From Thalia democratica (lineage: Eukaryota): DNA of 64,000 bases. The notes beneath the pieces are model-generated. The model did no database searches and had not been told where the DNA came from. It saw only the letters and a program-made list of their open reading frames with translations. The stretch is from positions 61,628,001 through 61,692,000 of the forward strand of contig OZ241829.1 in the NCBI GenBank assembly GCA_965202585.1, written 5' to 3'. Of this stretch, positions 39,901-50,900 are shown one piece after another. The position numbers and the translations under genes were made by a program. Every line of letters begins with the position of its first letter. The stretch's first letter is position 1.

Positions 39901-42900
39901 ATATGAAGTTTTTACAATGAAAGATGACTTTGTTTATGCAACTCCTGAAAACAAAGCTAATGCTATAAGATTTGTGAATTATTTTTGGACAATAATTGGA
40001 AGTTATGGTAATGATATTAAACTGGCTTATTCTACGGCTTTCGACTTATTTGATCCTTATACTGCTAAAGATATAGGTATTTTTTCTGGCCTTATGTTTT
40101 ACTTACTTATATAATTGAGTAATAACTGCAACACGTTTGAAATTTCCAAGAAAGATAACTTAAAAATCTTTTTATTTTCAAAGAAAAATTAGTGTTTGTG
40201 ATACTTGTTTAGCAAACGTCTTAAAAGTAGTTACTGAGACAAAAATGTTTACTATTGTTATGTTATAGTTTTTACAGAGTAAGTATTTTAAAATATTTGT
40301 TTATATAGGGAGGATTTAACTTTGTAAATACTTTAATTGATTAAACTTTAGTAGTATTCAATACAATTACCTGACAGACGACTACTACGCAGAAATAAGT
40401 GAAACTAAACTTGCTAAACACCGTGAGTTATTTGTTAAGGTAGCTTAAAACCTTTAAGATCTAAATGCAAAGCAAAAACTATTAAACAGGTGCAGAGTTT
40501 AAAGATCTGTATGAATATGGTACGTTTTTACTTTTTCATATACATACAAAACGAGTAAGTGAACAAAATTTTATATTCTGAAAACTTAACAAAATGCTAA
40601 AAGATACTTTTTTTTTTATACACCAAATTTTTATTATATTGTTTTCTAATTCTTGTTTATCACAATAGATACCTCGAAAACTGTTCCTGGGTTTGTTGAA
40701 AAAGGGCCGCTATTTGATCGTGTAGAATTTAATAAGCCTAAAGATTTTATTCCAAAAATTGTCGTAAGATATACTACAGGTTCAGGACTTAATTCAGGAT
40801 GGTGAGAATTTTTTTATTCGGATGTTTGCTGTTTTAATTACGTTTATGTATTTACTTAAAGAAATTCTATAAATAATATTTAGTGCTAAAAGTGAATATC
40901 GGTTAAGTAAAGTTTAAGTAATTAAGCTTATAAGGACTGTTTAATTTTTGGTTTCATTTACAGTAAGGACAACTAAACAATTAATTGGATTTTTTTTTGG
41001 TTATACTCAAGATTACTAGAATACAATATATAAAGGTATGAAGCAGAAATATTGAATGTAGACAGGGCTGGTTTCGATTATAAGTTCACAAGAGTTGACG
41101 GCAACGACCCTACTATGGGCTGGGACTATAACCCAACTCTTTATTACACAGTTATACGGCCAACCAATGAAACATGTATGAACTTTCTTTTTTGAATCCA
41201 TATTCGACTTATTGTGGTTAAGAATAAACAGAGTGCCATTTTAAGGGCTAAACTAATCTGCTGAAAATGAAGTTGAACTACCTTTTTTTAAATAAAATTG
41301 GATAATAATAACAATATAGCCACCAAATTTGTTTTAATAAATGTTTAACGTGAAACACAATAAAACGTTTTAAGAAAAGCTTTTCAAAGGCAGCTGATAT
41401 GAAGCGCATAAGCATTATTTTCTTGTAAATAAGAAACAGAACACTAATATTTTTTATGTAGTTGAATCTTACATGGCAAAAATAAAAGAAGACAAAAGGA
41501 CAAAAAGGGAAAAGACTTCGGAATATTGGAAAATGATTTGTTTTCTGAGTGACTGGCAGTTGGTCGATTGATTATTCAATACATTTTAATATTAAAAATT
41601 AAAGTAGTAATACTAAGTTTGTTCTAAAAACTTGTATAAAACTTAAAATTGCAAAAAAAATCGTATGGAAAGGTTCTTTTAAATTTTAAAACAACATAAT
41701 ATATTTTTCGTTTCTAGTTTAATAACAAAATAATCATTTGATGTTTAACTCCAGTTTTTTTCGATACTCAGTAGGGACTCATCAGATGATACTCCAAACG
41801 ATGAAATAGTCAGACAAGTCAGGGAAAGAAACAATGGACAAGTCCTTATTCACAATTTGGCTTTTGGCCCTTATGACTATCCTGAGTTTTCGCGGCAAAT
41901 TTCAGCGGAAAACAATGGAATTAGTCGAAGTATTTTCACTAATTTTGATGCCGCTGCATCTGTAAGTTTTACGAACGATTAGAGTACACAATGTTAATAA
42001 AATATACAATGTGTGTTCATTATTCCTAGATTAAGGACTTTTTTTACGAAGTAGCAAACCTTGTGATGACCGATGTGAATGTTGATTACGACAAATCTAA
42101 AGTTTCTATGCTGAGTAAAGTTGATTTTCCATACGTTAGCAAAAGTAAAGAAGTGCTTATCAGTGGAAAACTAAATGAGTTTTCAATGGATATCGATCAA
42201 GCAACTGGTGCTATGGATATGAAATACATCATTAAAGGAAAGGTTAAAATAGAAATAAAATAAATATGTTCAAATAGTAAAAGTTTTTATTTAGGAAACG
42301 TTAATACTTTGAGTTAATATATATGCTATACTTTGAAATTTTCTTATTCTTAAAACTGTTTTGTATTGTACAAGCTACAAAATATTTGTACAACGTAAAA
42401 AACAAGTTGTACTAACATTTAAATATAAAATTTAAAGAATTATGTAACAGCTAACAATTTATATATCCATTTACTTCATTTTAAAATTCATTGAGAAAAC
42501 ACTATAATTTATCTATATATAACAACGAAAATGGTTTTCTTTACTGCATACTTCATTGTGTTAGTTATTTGTAAATATTTTATTTTTACAAACCGAGAAA
42601 AGTTTTAAATTTGCAGTTTGTAAAATTTTAATAATATAGCAATACTTTATTTCAGCTCTCTGGAAAAGGACATAAAGACCAAGTGACAATTGATTTCGAA
42701 GTGAATCCGTTCAAAACCAGTAGAATATCTGATTCCCAACATAAGGTTATGATAAATATAATAAAATACTGCAAGAAGTACATATTCATTTCTTGACTAA
42801 ATTTATACGTTAATTCAGATTGAGCAGTTCTCTGAGCGTATTTGGGCTTTTATGAGAATAAAGAAGTTGTTAAGAGACATAAAAACTATGATAGATGACT

Positions 42901-44908
42901 CAGCTGATAAAAATAAAACTACTGCTGAGGCCTTAGAACTTTCTCTAAAGTAAGATATACGCACGTTTATGCTAAATTGAAATCATTTTACTAAAGTAAG
43001 AAAAATAAAAAATCACAATCTTTTTCCAAACATAATAACTTTCAATGTTTTTTTTTTCAAAAAAAAAAATTCAGGTACAACTTCGTTACTCCACTAACTT
43101 CTATCGTAGTGTTGAAAGACGAAGACCGCGAAGAAGTTGAGATAAATTTAAAGGAGGAAGAAGAAAATGCGAGGTTGGCGAAATTCACAACAACTACTGC
43201 TGCCACAACTACTACAGTCGCCACAACTACTGTCACTTCAACCACAACTGAACCTTATGATTACATCGATGATTTTTACGATGATTACGGTAACATTTTC
43301 AGGGATCCGCACGTGCTGCTCCCCTTGAAACCGGGAGTCAACTTGTGTTTTGATTGGAACGGAAAAGATAAAGAAGTTTGTGTTGATTGTTTATTAATTG
43401 TGCATCTATTAATTTATTTTGAGGTATTTGTAAAATTGATTTTACTCGCTTAAAACTGTGGTAAAAAAAGTTAATACAGTTGCTAATATAATTTAAAACA
43501 GAATTGTACGTATAAAAAATAAATCCAAGAATTAATAAGCACAAAAAATAGCTTAGTAATAAAAACCATATCAAAAAATTTAGTTTGTACATGTGTAAAG
43601 TTTACTTTGTATATTTAAATCTCAAAATTAATTTCATTTTTATTATACTAATATGTTTCATATAATTCCAAGTTTACTCAAGTTTTATTATACTGTAATG
43701 TTTAACTACATCATACTAAGTTTTCATAAAACTTAAGTTGTTGAACAAAAGTACTATTTAAATAAAACCTAGGTAACAAACTTGATATACCATGAGGACA
43801 GTGGGCTTGTAGTAAATGCAAACATGACTGCAGCTCCGGTAGGAATAAAAAGTGAAAATGGAAAAGATCGATTCTACATGAACAGTGTCGCTTTTGTAGT
43901 ACCAAAGTCTAAAGCAAACATTGTCGTGAGTAACAAAAATAATATAAACATTACATCGTAATATTTTGATAATTTATAAGTTGTTAGAGTAAACTCATTT
44001 AGCTAGTTAATTTAAGTTAAAAATATTTTTAACTCTTTTATTTGTTTTTTGAAAAAAAAAAACAAATATAATGTTGCCTTGTAAATAAAACAAACTACTA
44101 AATTTCATTAGGTAACTCCGTATTCAATTACTATTGAATATATTGGAGTGGAAAGTTTTTCATATCCAATCTCTTCGAAGTTTTCAATCAATCGAAGCGG
44201 TCTCAACATAAAGGTTTATGACGTCATATCACATGGATCAATGAGTAAAGTTCATTTGAAAATTGGCGGTATCACTTTTAAGGTCTTAGTTTGAAAATAA
44301 TAATCGGGTTTAAAATGCTTTAGGCTGAATTAAACTTTTTAAACATTTAGCTGATGGTGCATACCAAAACGAGAATTCCGCATATTGATATGGCTTTTGA
44401 AGATCTGAGTCACGTGGAAGGTGGGTTCCGAGGTCTTGTTGGGCAGTTCTATGGAAAGGGAGTCGATTTAGAAGAAGAAGACGGTGGACAAAGAGCAATG
44501 ATGAGAGTTGGGTTAGTAAAGGTTCTTACGATTGTAACTTAAAGTATTTAACATTTACTACATTTACTTTAAAAACCAAAAACTTATGTAAGTACAAAAT
44601 GGTTTTGTATTAATAAGAGCTTTACCTATATCGCCTTATAAAAATTTAGAAAAGAATTGGCTAATGTAAAACGCCACGTGATGAAGTCGAATCCTATAAC
44701 CAATCAGGAACAACCTTGCTGGTTTGCATCCAATAGAAAGTTTAATTTAAGTGAGCGTTCTTATTTTCTCGTAGACTCAATGACTAGCAAACCTCATCAC
44801 ATTAAAGATAGAAAAACAGAAACGAAAGTAGAAAGGAATATTGAGAAAAACGTTAAAAGTGAAAAAGCAAAACTTACGGCTCTTGAAGTATTTTTCAGGA
44901 GTCTTTAA
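37000..44908 (+). CDS. Inter-alpha-trypsin inhibitor heavy chain-like protein (VIT - vWA with insert - Thr-rich linker - ITIH C-terminal domain); 22 exons, ~1108 aa, first exon not identified
   Basis: Phase-consistent exons 37000-37117, 37185-37365, 37627-37761, 37884-38080, 38364-38534, 39196-39340, 39875-40076, 40239-40278, 40352-40422, 40490-40519, 40669-40801, 41036-41175, 41462-41558, 41772-41961, 42030-42242, 42656-42745, 42819-42949, 43075-43375, 43773-43925, 44112-44282, 44351-44511, 44650-44908(TAA). ITIH motifs: SRFAETTV, AFVTKFTM, NGYFAHFFA, DFFYEVAN, ERIWAF, LSLKYNFVTPLTSIVV, DPH..LCF, GLVGQF, PCWF. The small exons at 40.2-40.5 kb are less certain. Confidence 0.88.
39415..39594. 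mobile_element. hAT (Charlie-type) MITE in ITIH-like intron
   Basis: Ends CAGGGTTTCCCAAA / TTTGGTAAACCCTG; 8-bp TSD GTTTAGAT / GTTTAAAT (7/8). Confidence 0.78.
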
Positions 44909-45571
44909 AGATAGCTGAACTTGAAAGTTTTATTGTATTGGATAACCTGTAAAACTATTATTTACTATTTTCTCATCAAATGCTATACTTTATTTTTATG
45001 GTTTTATCACCTTGAAAAATTTAGATTTTGCATATTAATACACTACTCACAATTTTTCTATATTTGATTAATAAAGGATTATTACTGATGTAACAAGTTT
45101 ACATTTTTGTTTTTAAAAACAGTAGAGTATTTATTAGATAAGAAGGTTGTTATGTTTTGATGTTGTACAAAAGATTAAAAGTTAAAGCCAAGTTATCTAA
45201 AATATTTATTTAAATCACTAAAGTTTCAATAAAATAGTTTTTAAATAAAAAAAATCGGAGTATATACTTTAAGCTTTTAAAAAAAATATGTTTTGAAATG
45301 AAAAGTTTGCTTTTTAAGTTAAAAAAAATTTTACTTACTACATGTTCCAAATGTAATTTTTACTACGTGTTTTTGACTATACTTATTTTCTTGTCTTGTT
45401 AAAGATATACTGTTAATTCGTGTTCAACAGATCACAGATTTTAGTTAGTTTATAAGAAAATGCAATTTATGTATTCTAGTTGCATTAGGTTTTAGGAAAA
45501 CTAAAAAAGTATAGTATATAAAAACATTGTATACGTCAATAGAGTAAAGGTAGTATTTGTCCTTAAGAATT

Positions 45572-46369
45572 TGTAACGCCTCTGGCTTTAAATTAAATTC
45601 AGCAAAAGAGTTTTCTCTAATTAGGGGTTTTTGTATTAATTTGTTAACTTTCTAAATTGCCGCCTTAGTTTTGAATTAGGAGATTTGTGAAAGCTCAAGC
45701 TGAACTTCCTATGTGCTAAATTGTGAGTATTGGTATCAATCTCTTATTTTTTATTTCTGTCTCTTAAATTGAAATTTCTAATAAAGTTAAATTGAAGTTA
45801 ATTTTACTGTGGTTTGCATAAATTTGAATAACTAAACTCTGCTGTTGATAAAATTAAATTGAAGTTAATTGTACTTTTGGTTTGCATAAATTTAAATAAA
45901 TAAACTCTGGTGTTAATAGTTAATTATGTTGAAATTATCTGTAATTTGGTTACATTAAATTGAATAAATAAGCTTTGTTGTGGATAATTAATTAAGAAGC
46001 AAGCTGCTTTTGGTGCTCTTAATAGTCTCTGAAATTTACAAATCAAATTTAATTAATTTAAATGTTTAAATTTATCTAAATATCTAAATATCTAAATATC
46101 TAAAATATCTAAATTTAATAAAATAACTAGTGGGCCACACCTAACTCTTGATATAGCATAATGAGTAATAGATCCAAGCCCCCCAAAAAGGATAGTATGT
46201 TCTCTAAAGAGAACATACATCATACTTTAGACAAGGTCAACAACCCCGAAACTCGCTGTAGCCAACGTAACATAGACAGAGGAATCAACAAAAGGGGTGT
46301 TGACCCACACTCTTCGCGCCGTAGCCAACCTGGTCCATCAGACCAACCACAACCTCCGTGCGAAAGATA
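45572..46369 (+). repeat. 5' LTR (798 bp)
   Basis: Starts TGTAAC; matches 53453-54382; ends immediately before the PBS. Contains ~3 degenerate ~68-bp repeats (~45785-45995) and a (TATCTAAA)n run (46073-46114). Confidence 0.88.
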
Positions 46370-47900
46370 TGGTGACCACAACGTGAGTGAACACGCTTTA
46401 ATTGAGGGTATAGAAATCAGTGCCGAGATTGACATGAACTTAGGGGAGGATCAGTCAGGAAATAACCAAAAGGGGGAAGAGCCCCAGGCAGCGATGGGCA
46501 GTTATCAACAACCTAGAGACCAGCCTAATCCAAGTGGTCTGCCAAGGCAAAGCTACCCACCCCAACAAAATTCTACACCTAGCAACTATGGGCCTCCACC
46601 AAGGGTGACAGGACCACCTAGCAATAGCTCCATTCCTCCAGCAAGAACCTCACCCTTGCCACTCCAACCTAACAGCTTAAACATGGACTGTTCCCTCCAA
46701 AACAGCAGGAGACCCCCTATTCAAGTGCCACCTCAAGAACTGAGTGCTGAAGAGTTAGTACAGGGGATCAAAGATTTGAAGGAACAAATTCGACAAGCTA
46801 AACTTCAAGAGGAATTTCGAAAATTACAAGAAGAATTACATGGATTGAGAAGTCCAAATCCATCCACAAGGACAAATCACGACATCTCAACTCAGGGTAG
46901 ACAGAATACATACATGGATCCTCAAATCCAGGTTCCCCACCAGGTTTCACACACCTCAAGGGCTCAAGACCTACCAAGGAGCCAGGTGACCAGTCGCTCT
47001 CCTCCGAACTATAGAGGATCTTCAGTAGAGCAAGGAGGGTCAGGTGTGAAAGAAAACTTCCAACCATGTGTTCGCAGTCCGTCGTACAACTGCCAACCCC
47101 AGCCAGAAGATAGTAGGTATGACGTCACAGTAGACATAGGTGGCAGTACGCCCCGCACAACAACAAGCCAGCTGTATAAACTAATGCAAAAAAAGGGCGA
47201 TCTTGTCAGTCAAATCGGATACTTAAAGCGCGATACAGAGCAGTTAAAAATAAAGCTAAAACACTTTGAGAAGATCGCCAACGATTATGACATTCGATCG
47301 GATCAAGATCTTTACAGGCTGCTTGAAACATTAGTGACCTGGAAAGAGAGAGAGAGCTACTACCACAGATATAAACCAGAGGATATGAACTACGACACGT
47401 TGAAAGAGTTCCTAATGAGTGGGCAAGAGCGAGTAAGCAACGTGCTACTGGCAAGAGCTGACAGGCACTCCATGTCAAGTAGGGAACTAGGTGATGAGAT
47501 TAATCATTGGTTAGCTGAGTTCAGAAATGAAGGTGTATTAACAAAATTTCTCACAATAAATTTAGCACCTCCTCGTTTAAAAAATCGTTTACGGGAGAAG
47601 CTTCACCTGAAAGACAAAGACTTTCAAATTGCTTGGAAAGTAATGCTCGACACAAATGAGCAAGAGGCAATGGGACGAGCTAGGAATATAAACTATAGCA
47701 ATGCCCCGCGCTCAAATCAAAACAGACCAGCCCAAGCACAGCAGCAATGGACAGCCATTAACAACAATGAATTTATATGCAGAAACCATCAGAGATTTGG
47801 TGTAAATACCCGTTCCTGTTTTGACAGGAGATGTAGTATGCACCATCAAACCATATCTCAGCCTCATTCAAAAAACGAGATCCCAAACTCTCTGCAGTGA
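46161..47900 (+). CDS. gag: Gag (579 aa from first ATG; true start may be a later ATG)
   Basis: Uninterrupted ORF; P/Q/S-rich N-terminal half, capsid-like middle, C-terminal CRNHQRFGVNTRSCFDRRC (C-x2-H-x9-C-x4-C) knuckle. Confidence 0.85.
   Translation: MSNRSKPPKKDSMFSKENIHHTLDKVNNPETRCSQRNIDRGINKRGVDPHSSRRSQPGPSDQPQPPCERYGDHNVSEHALIEGIEISAEIDMNLGEDQSGNNQKGEEPQAAMGSYQQPRDQPNPSGLPRQSYPPQQNSTPSNYGPPPRVTGPPSNSSIPPARTSPLPLQPNSLNMDCSLQNSRRPPIQVPPQELSAEELVQGIKDLKEQIRQAKLQEEFRKLQEELHGLRSPNPSTRTNHDISTQGRQNTYMDPQIQVPHQVSHTSRAQDLPRSQVTSRSPPNYRGSSVEQGGSGVKENFQPCVRSPSYNCQPQPEDSRYDVTVDIGGSTPRTTTSQLYKLMQKKGDLVSQIGYLKRDTEQLKIKLKHFEKIANDYDIRSDQDLYRLLETLVTWKERESYYHRYKPEDMNYDTLKEFLMSGQERVSNVLLARADRHSMSSRELGDEINHWLAEFRNEGVLTKFLTINLAPPRLKNRLREKLHLKDKDFQIAWKVMLDTNEQEAMGRARNINYSNAPRSNQNRPAQAQQQWTAINNNEFICRNHQRFGVNTRSCFDRRCSMHHQTISQPHSKNEIPNSLQ
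46370..46387 (+). promoter_or_regulatory. Primer-binding site, tRNA-Trp type
   Basis: TGGTGACCACAACGTGAG versus the complement of the metazoan tRNA-Trp 3' end TGGTGACCCCGACGTGAT (15/18), directly after the end of LTR homology. Confidence 0.82.
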
Positions 47901-47917
47901 GAGGGAGAGTGATTGGG
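47870..47917 (+). promoter_or_regulatory. -1 programmed ribosomal frameshift signal (gag-pol)
   Basis: Slippery heptamer A AAA AAC (47870-47876) in the gag frame; 5-nt spacer; stem CCCAA-ACTCTC (47882-47892) pairs with GAGAGT-ga-TTGGG (47905-47917); the -1 frame is open from the heptamer into pol. Confidence 0.8.
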
Positions 47918-50900
47918 GCTACACTATCTCACACAAGAGCTGTCCAATTGGTAAATAAAACCGCCCCTCGACAGCAACCCCCATCTCAACCGAGACCAAC
48001 CAGAAATGCCTCAAACTGCACTATAAGTCATCCAGGAAATGAAGTGTCCACACCTTCAAACAAACCAAAGATGACTTTTCATATAAAGCAAACAGCCTCA
48101 CGTAGTGCAGCAGAAACACCTGATGAGAACCAAAGTTCTGAGCAACCGCAGCCAGCATCAACAGGGCCAGCGTCAACGGTCAGCGCCGCCGAAGCCAGCA
48201 CCTCCACGACAAGCGCCAACGATCCGAGCTACCTTAGCCAGCACCACATCGGGCAGTCCCAACGGTCTGCGCAAACACAGCCAGCATCACCAGGGCCAGC
48301 GTCAACGGTCAGCGCCGCCGAAGCCAGCACCTCCACGACAAGCGCCAACGATCCGAGCTACCTTAGCCAGCACCACAATGGGCAGTCCCAACGGTCTGCG
48401 CAAACACAGCCAGCATCACCAGGGCCAACGTCAACGGTCAGCGCCGCCGAAGCCAGCACCTCCACGACAAGCGCCAACGATCCGAGCTACCTTAGCCAGC
48501 ACCACAATGGGCAGTCCCAACGGTCTGCGCAAACACAGCCAGCATCACCAGGGCCATCGTCAACGGTCAGCGCCACCGAAGCCAGCACCTCCACGACAAG
48601 TGCCAACGATCCGAGCTACCTTAGCCAGCACCACAACGGGCAGTCCCAACGGTCAGCGCAACCGCAGCCAGAATCACAACAAAAATCTCTCGACACTACC
48701 AATCACAACAAAGATAAAAGTTTAAAAAAATGGACATTTCAACTAAATAAATTCCCTGCACCCAAACCGAAGAACCTCCCTCAGGGCCTACTATTTGTAG
48801 CGGATTCAAACACAAATGTCATTTTTTTGGTTGACAGCGGATCCGAAATTTCAATCCTACCGAAGGAATTGACTAACGGTATAGACAAATATTTTCCTAA
48901 ACAAATTAGAACCATCCAAGGGTTTGGTAACAAAACAACCCACCCTATTGGTAGCGCGGATGTCGAACTTCAATTGGGGAATTTAAAGCCCATCAACCAC
49001 TCGTTCTGGGTTACTCAAGAATCGCGCCACTTTGGCATTATTGGCATGGACCTGTTAAGAAAGAACGAACTAGCGATCCTGCCATCTACCTCTCAACTAT
49101 GCAAGATGGGGTCAAACGAATCAGCTAGACTGTTCGCACCTGCTGAGTTGCCCACCCCTATAGTCGCTTCAGTCAACCACATCAATCTGGGTGGTAAGAA
49201 TACGACTCCGTTAGAAGAAAAATGCAAAAGACTATTAATGGACTTCCCTGAAATTACCAGGAAGCCAACCTACCACGCGAAGCCAAAACACAACTACGAG
49301 CTCGAGATAATATTGGATAATTACAAGCCTGCCATGGTCAAAGCCAGGAGACCTGGTGGCCGACGAGCAGCCATACAAGACCACTTCAACGACCTCTTAT
49401 ATCGGGGAGTGGTGACTAGAGGAGAGGCTACCGAAGGGGCATCTCCAGTGACTTGCGTACAAAAGAAAGACGGTAGTATGCGCGTGTGTATCGACTATAC
49501 CACGCTGAACAAAGCAACACGGCCGTTAAGCTACCCATTACCTAGAATTGACGAACTTGCCCAGATCATCCCTGGCGGTACGAGATATTTCACAAACTTG
49601 GATTTGAAAGAGGCATACTACAGCCTGCCCCTCGCAGCCAACTCCCAAAAATGTGCTGCAATTATCGTTCATAGTGGTGTTTTCATTCCCAATCGGTGCG
49701 TTTTTGGTTTGAAAAACGCACCGATGAAATTTCAGCAGGTAATGGAGGCCTTGCTGAGGGAATGCGAAGACTTCACTTATGTCTATCTTGACGACATATT
49801 GATATATTCTTACACGGAAGAGGAGCATATCTATCATGTGAGAAAAGTATTTGAAACCCTGTCAAAATACGGACTCTTCTTGAATGTAAAAAAGACTACC
49901 TTTGCTAAGTCAAAATTAGAATTTCTTGGGCACGTGATCGGCGTAGAGGGGATCAATGTACAAGCCTCAAAAGTAGCGGCCATTAAAGAGTACCCCGTAC
50001 CCATTACGCGCAAAGATCTCAAGAGATTTTTGGGGATGGCGAATTACTACCATTCCTTTATTGATGGTTTAGCAGAGATCTTGGCCCCCTTAAGCGCGAT
50101 ATCAGGGGGACCAAAAAAGACCAACCGAACCATCTTGAAGTTAGACGATTCTCATATCAAAGCGTTTGAGGACACAAAGACAGCATTAGCTAACGCAGCC
50201 ACCCTGTCGTTTGAAGACCAGGGTAAACCTCTTATTTTGTTCTCTGATGCCTCGGACACCCACACAGGGGCCTCACTGGAACAACTAAATGATAAAAATG
50301 TGATGGTACCTCTGGCTTTCTTTTCAAGGAGCATTCCGGAAAACAAACGAGCACGTTGTACATACTACAAAGAACTGACAGGTTTAGCTATGGCAATTAA
50401 GCATTTCCACAGTCGAATCTATGGGCGACAACTAATAATAAGATCTGACAACATGGCCCTCTGTAACGCATTAAAGAAGGAGTTGACAGATCAATCCCCC
50501 TACGTGCAACGTCATCTCCAAAGAATACAAGAATACAGCCCGACCGTCATCCATGTTAAAGGCACAGATAATGTGGTGGCAGACGCTCTTAGCAGACCAC
50601 CGCAAGCGGCAACGATGTACATGGGTAGGTACGAAACGGATCCAGACTATGAGGAAATGTGGTACCCCGACTCTGAAGACGAAGTCTCAGAAGAAGAGTC
50701 CATGGAGATAGAGGAGGAGATAATCACACCAGAAAGGATCGACAGGAACTCCCTGGCTCTCTTGCAACAAAGTGAACCTGACTTGATTGAAACAGCCCAA
50801 ACACTGAAAAAAGTAGTTGAGTTTAGCAAGCCCGAGAACATTGCTGAAATTGTAGAGGTCGGAAACAAAAGAGCAATTTTGCCTGAAAGTCTGAGATTAC

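Noticed and set aside
40278-40278. 1-nt or 10-nt microexon before the GTAAGT donor at 40279
   Set aside because: A 40-nt exon from 40239 gives the same phase fix and restores the expected spacing to the FTD motif, although its GAG acceptor is weak.
45949-45954. GTTACA as the LTR end (perfect inverse of TGTAAC)
   Set aside because: Homology continues for over 400 bp, no PBS or TSD follows, it is part of an internal degenerate repeat, and it reads GTTACG in the other LTR.
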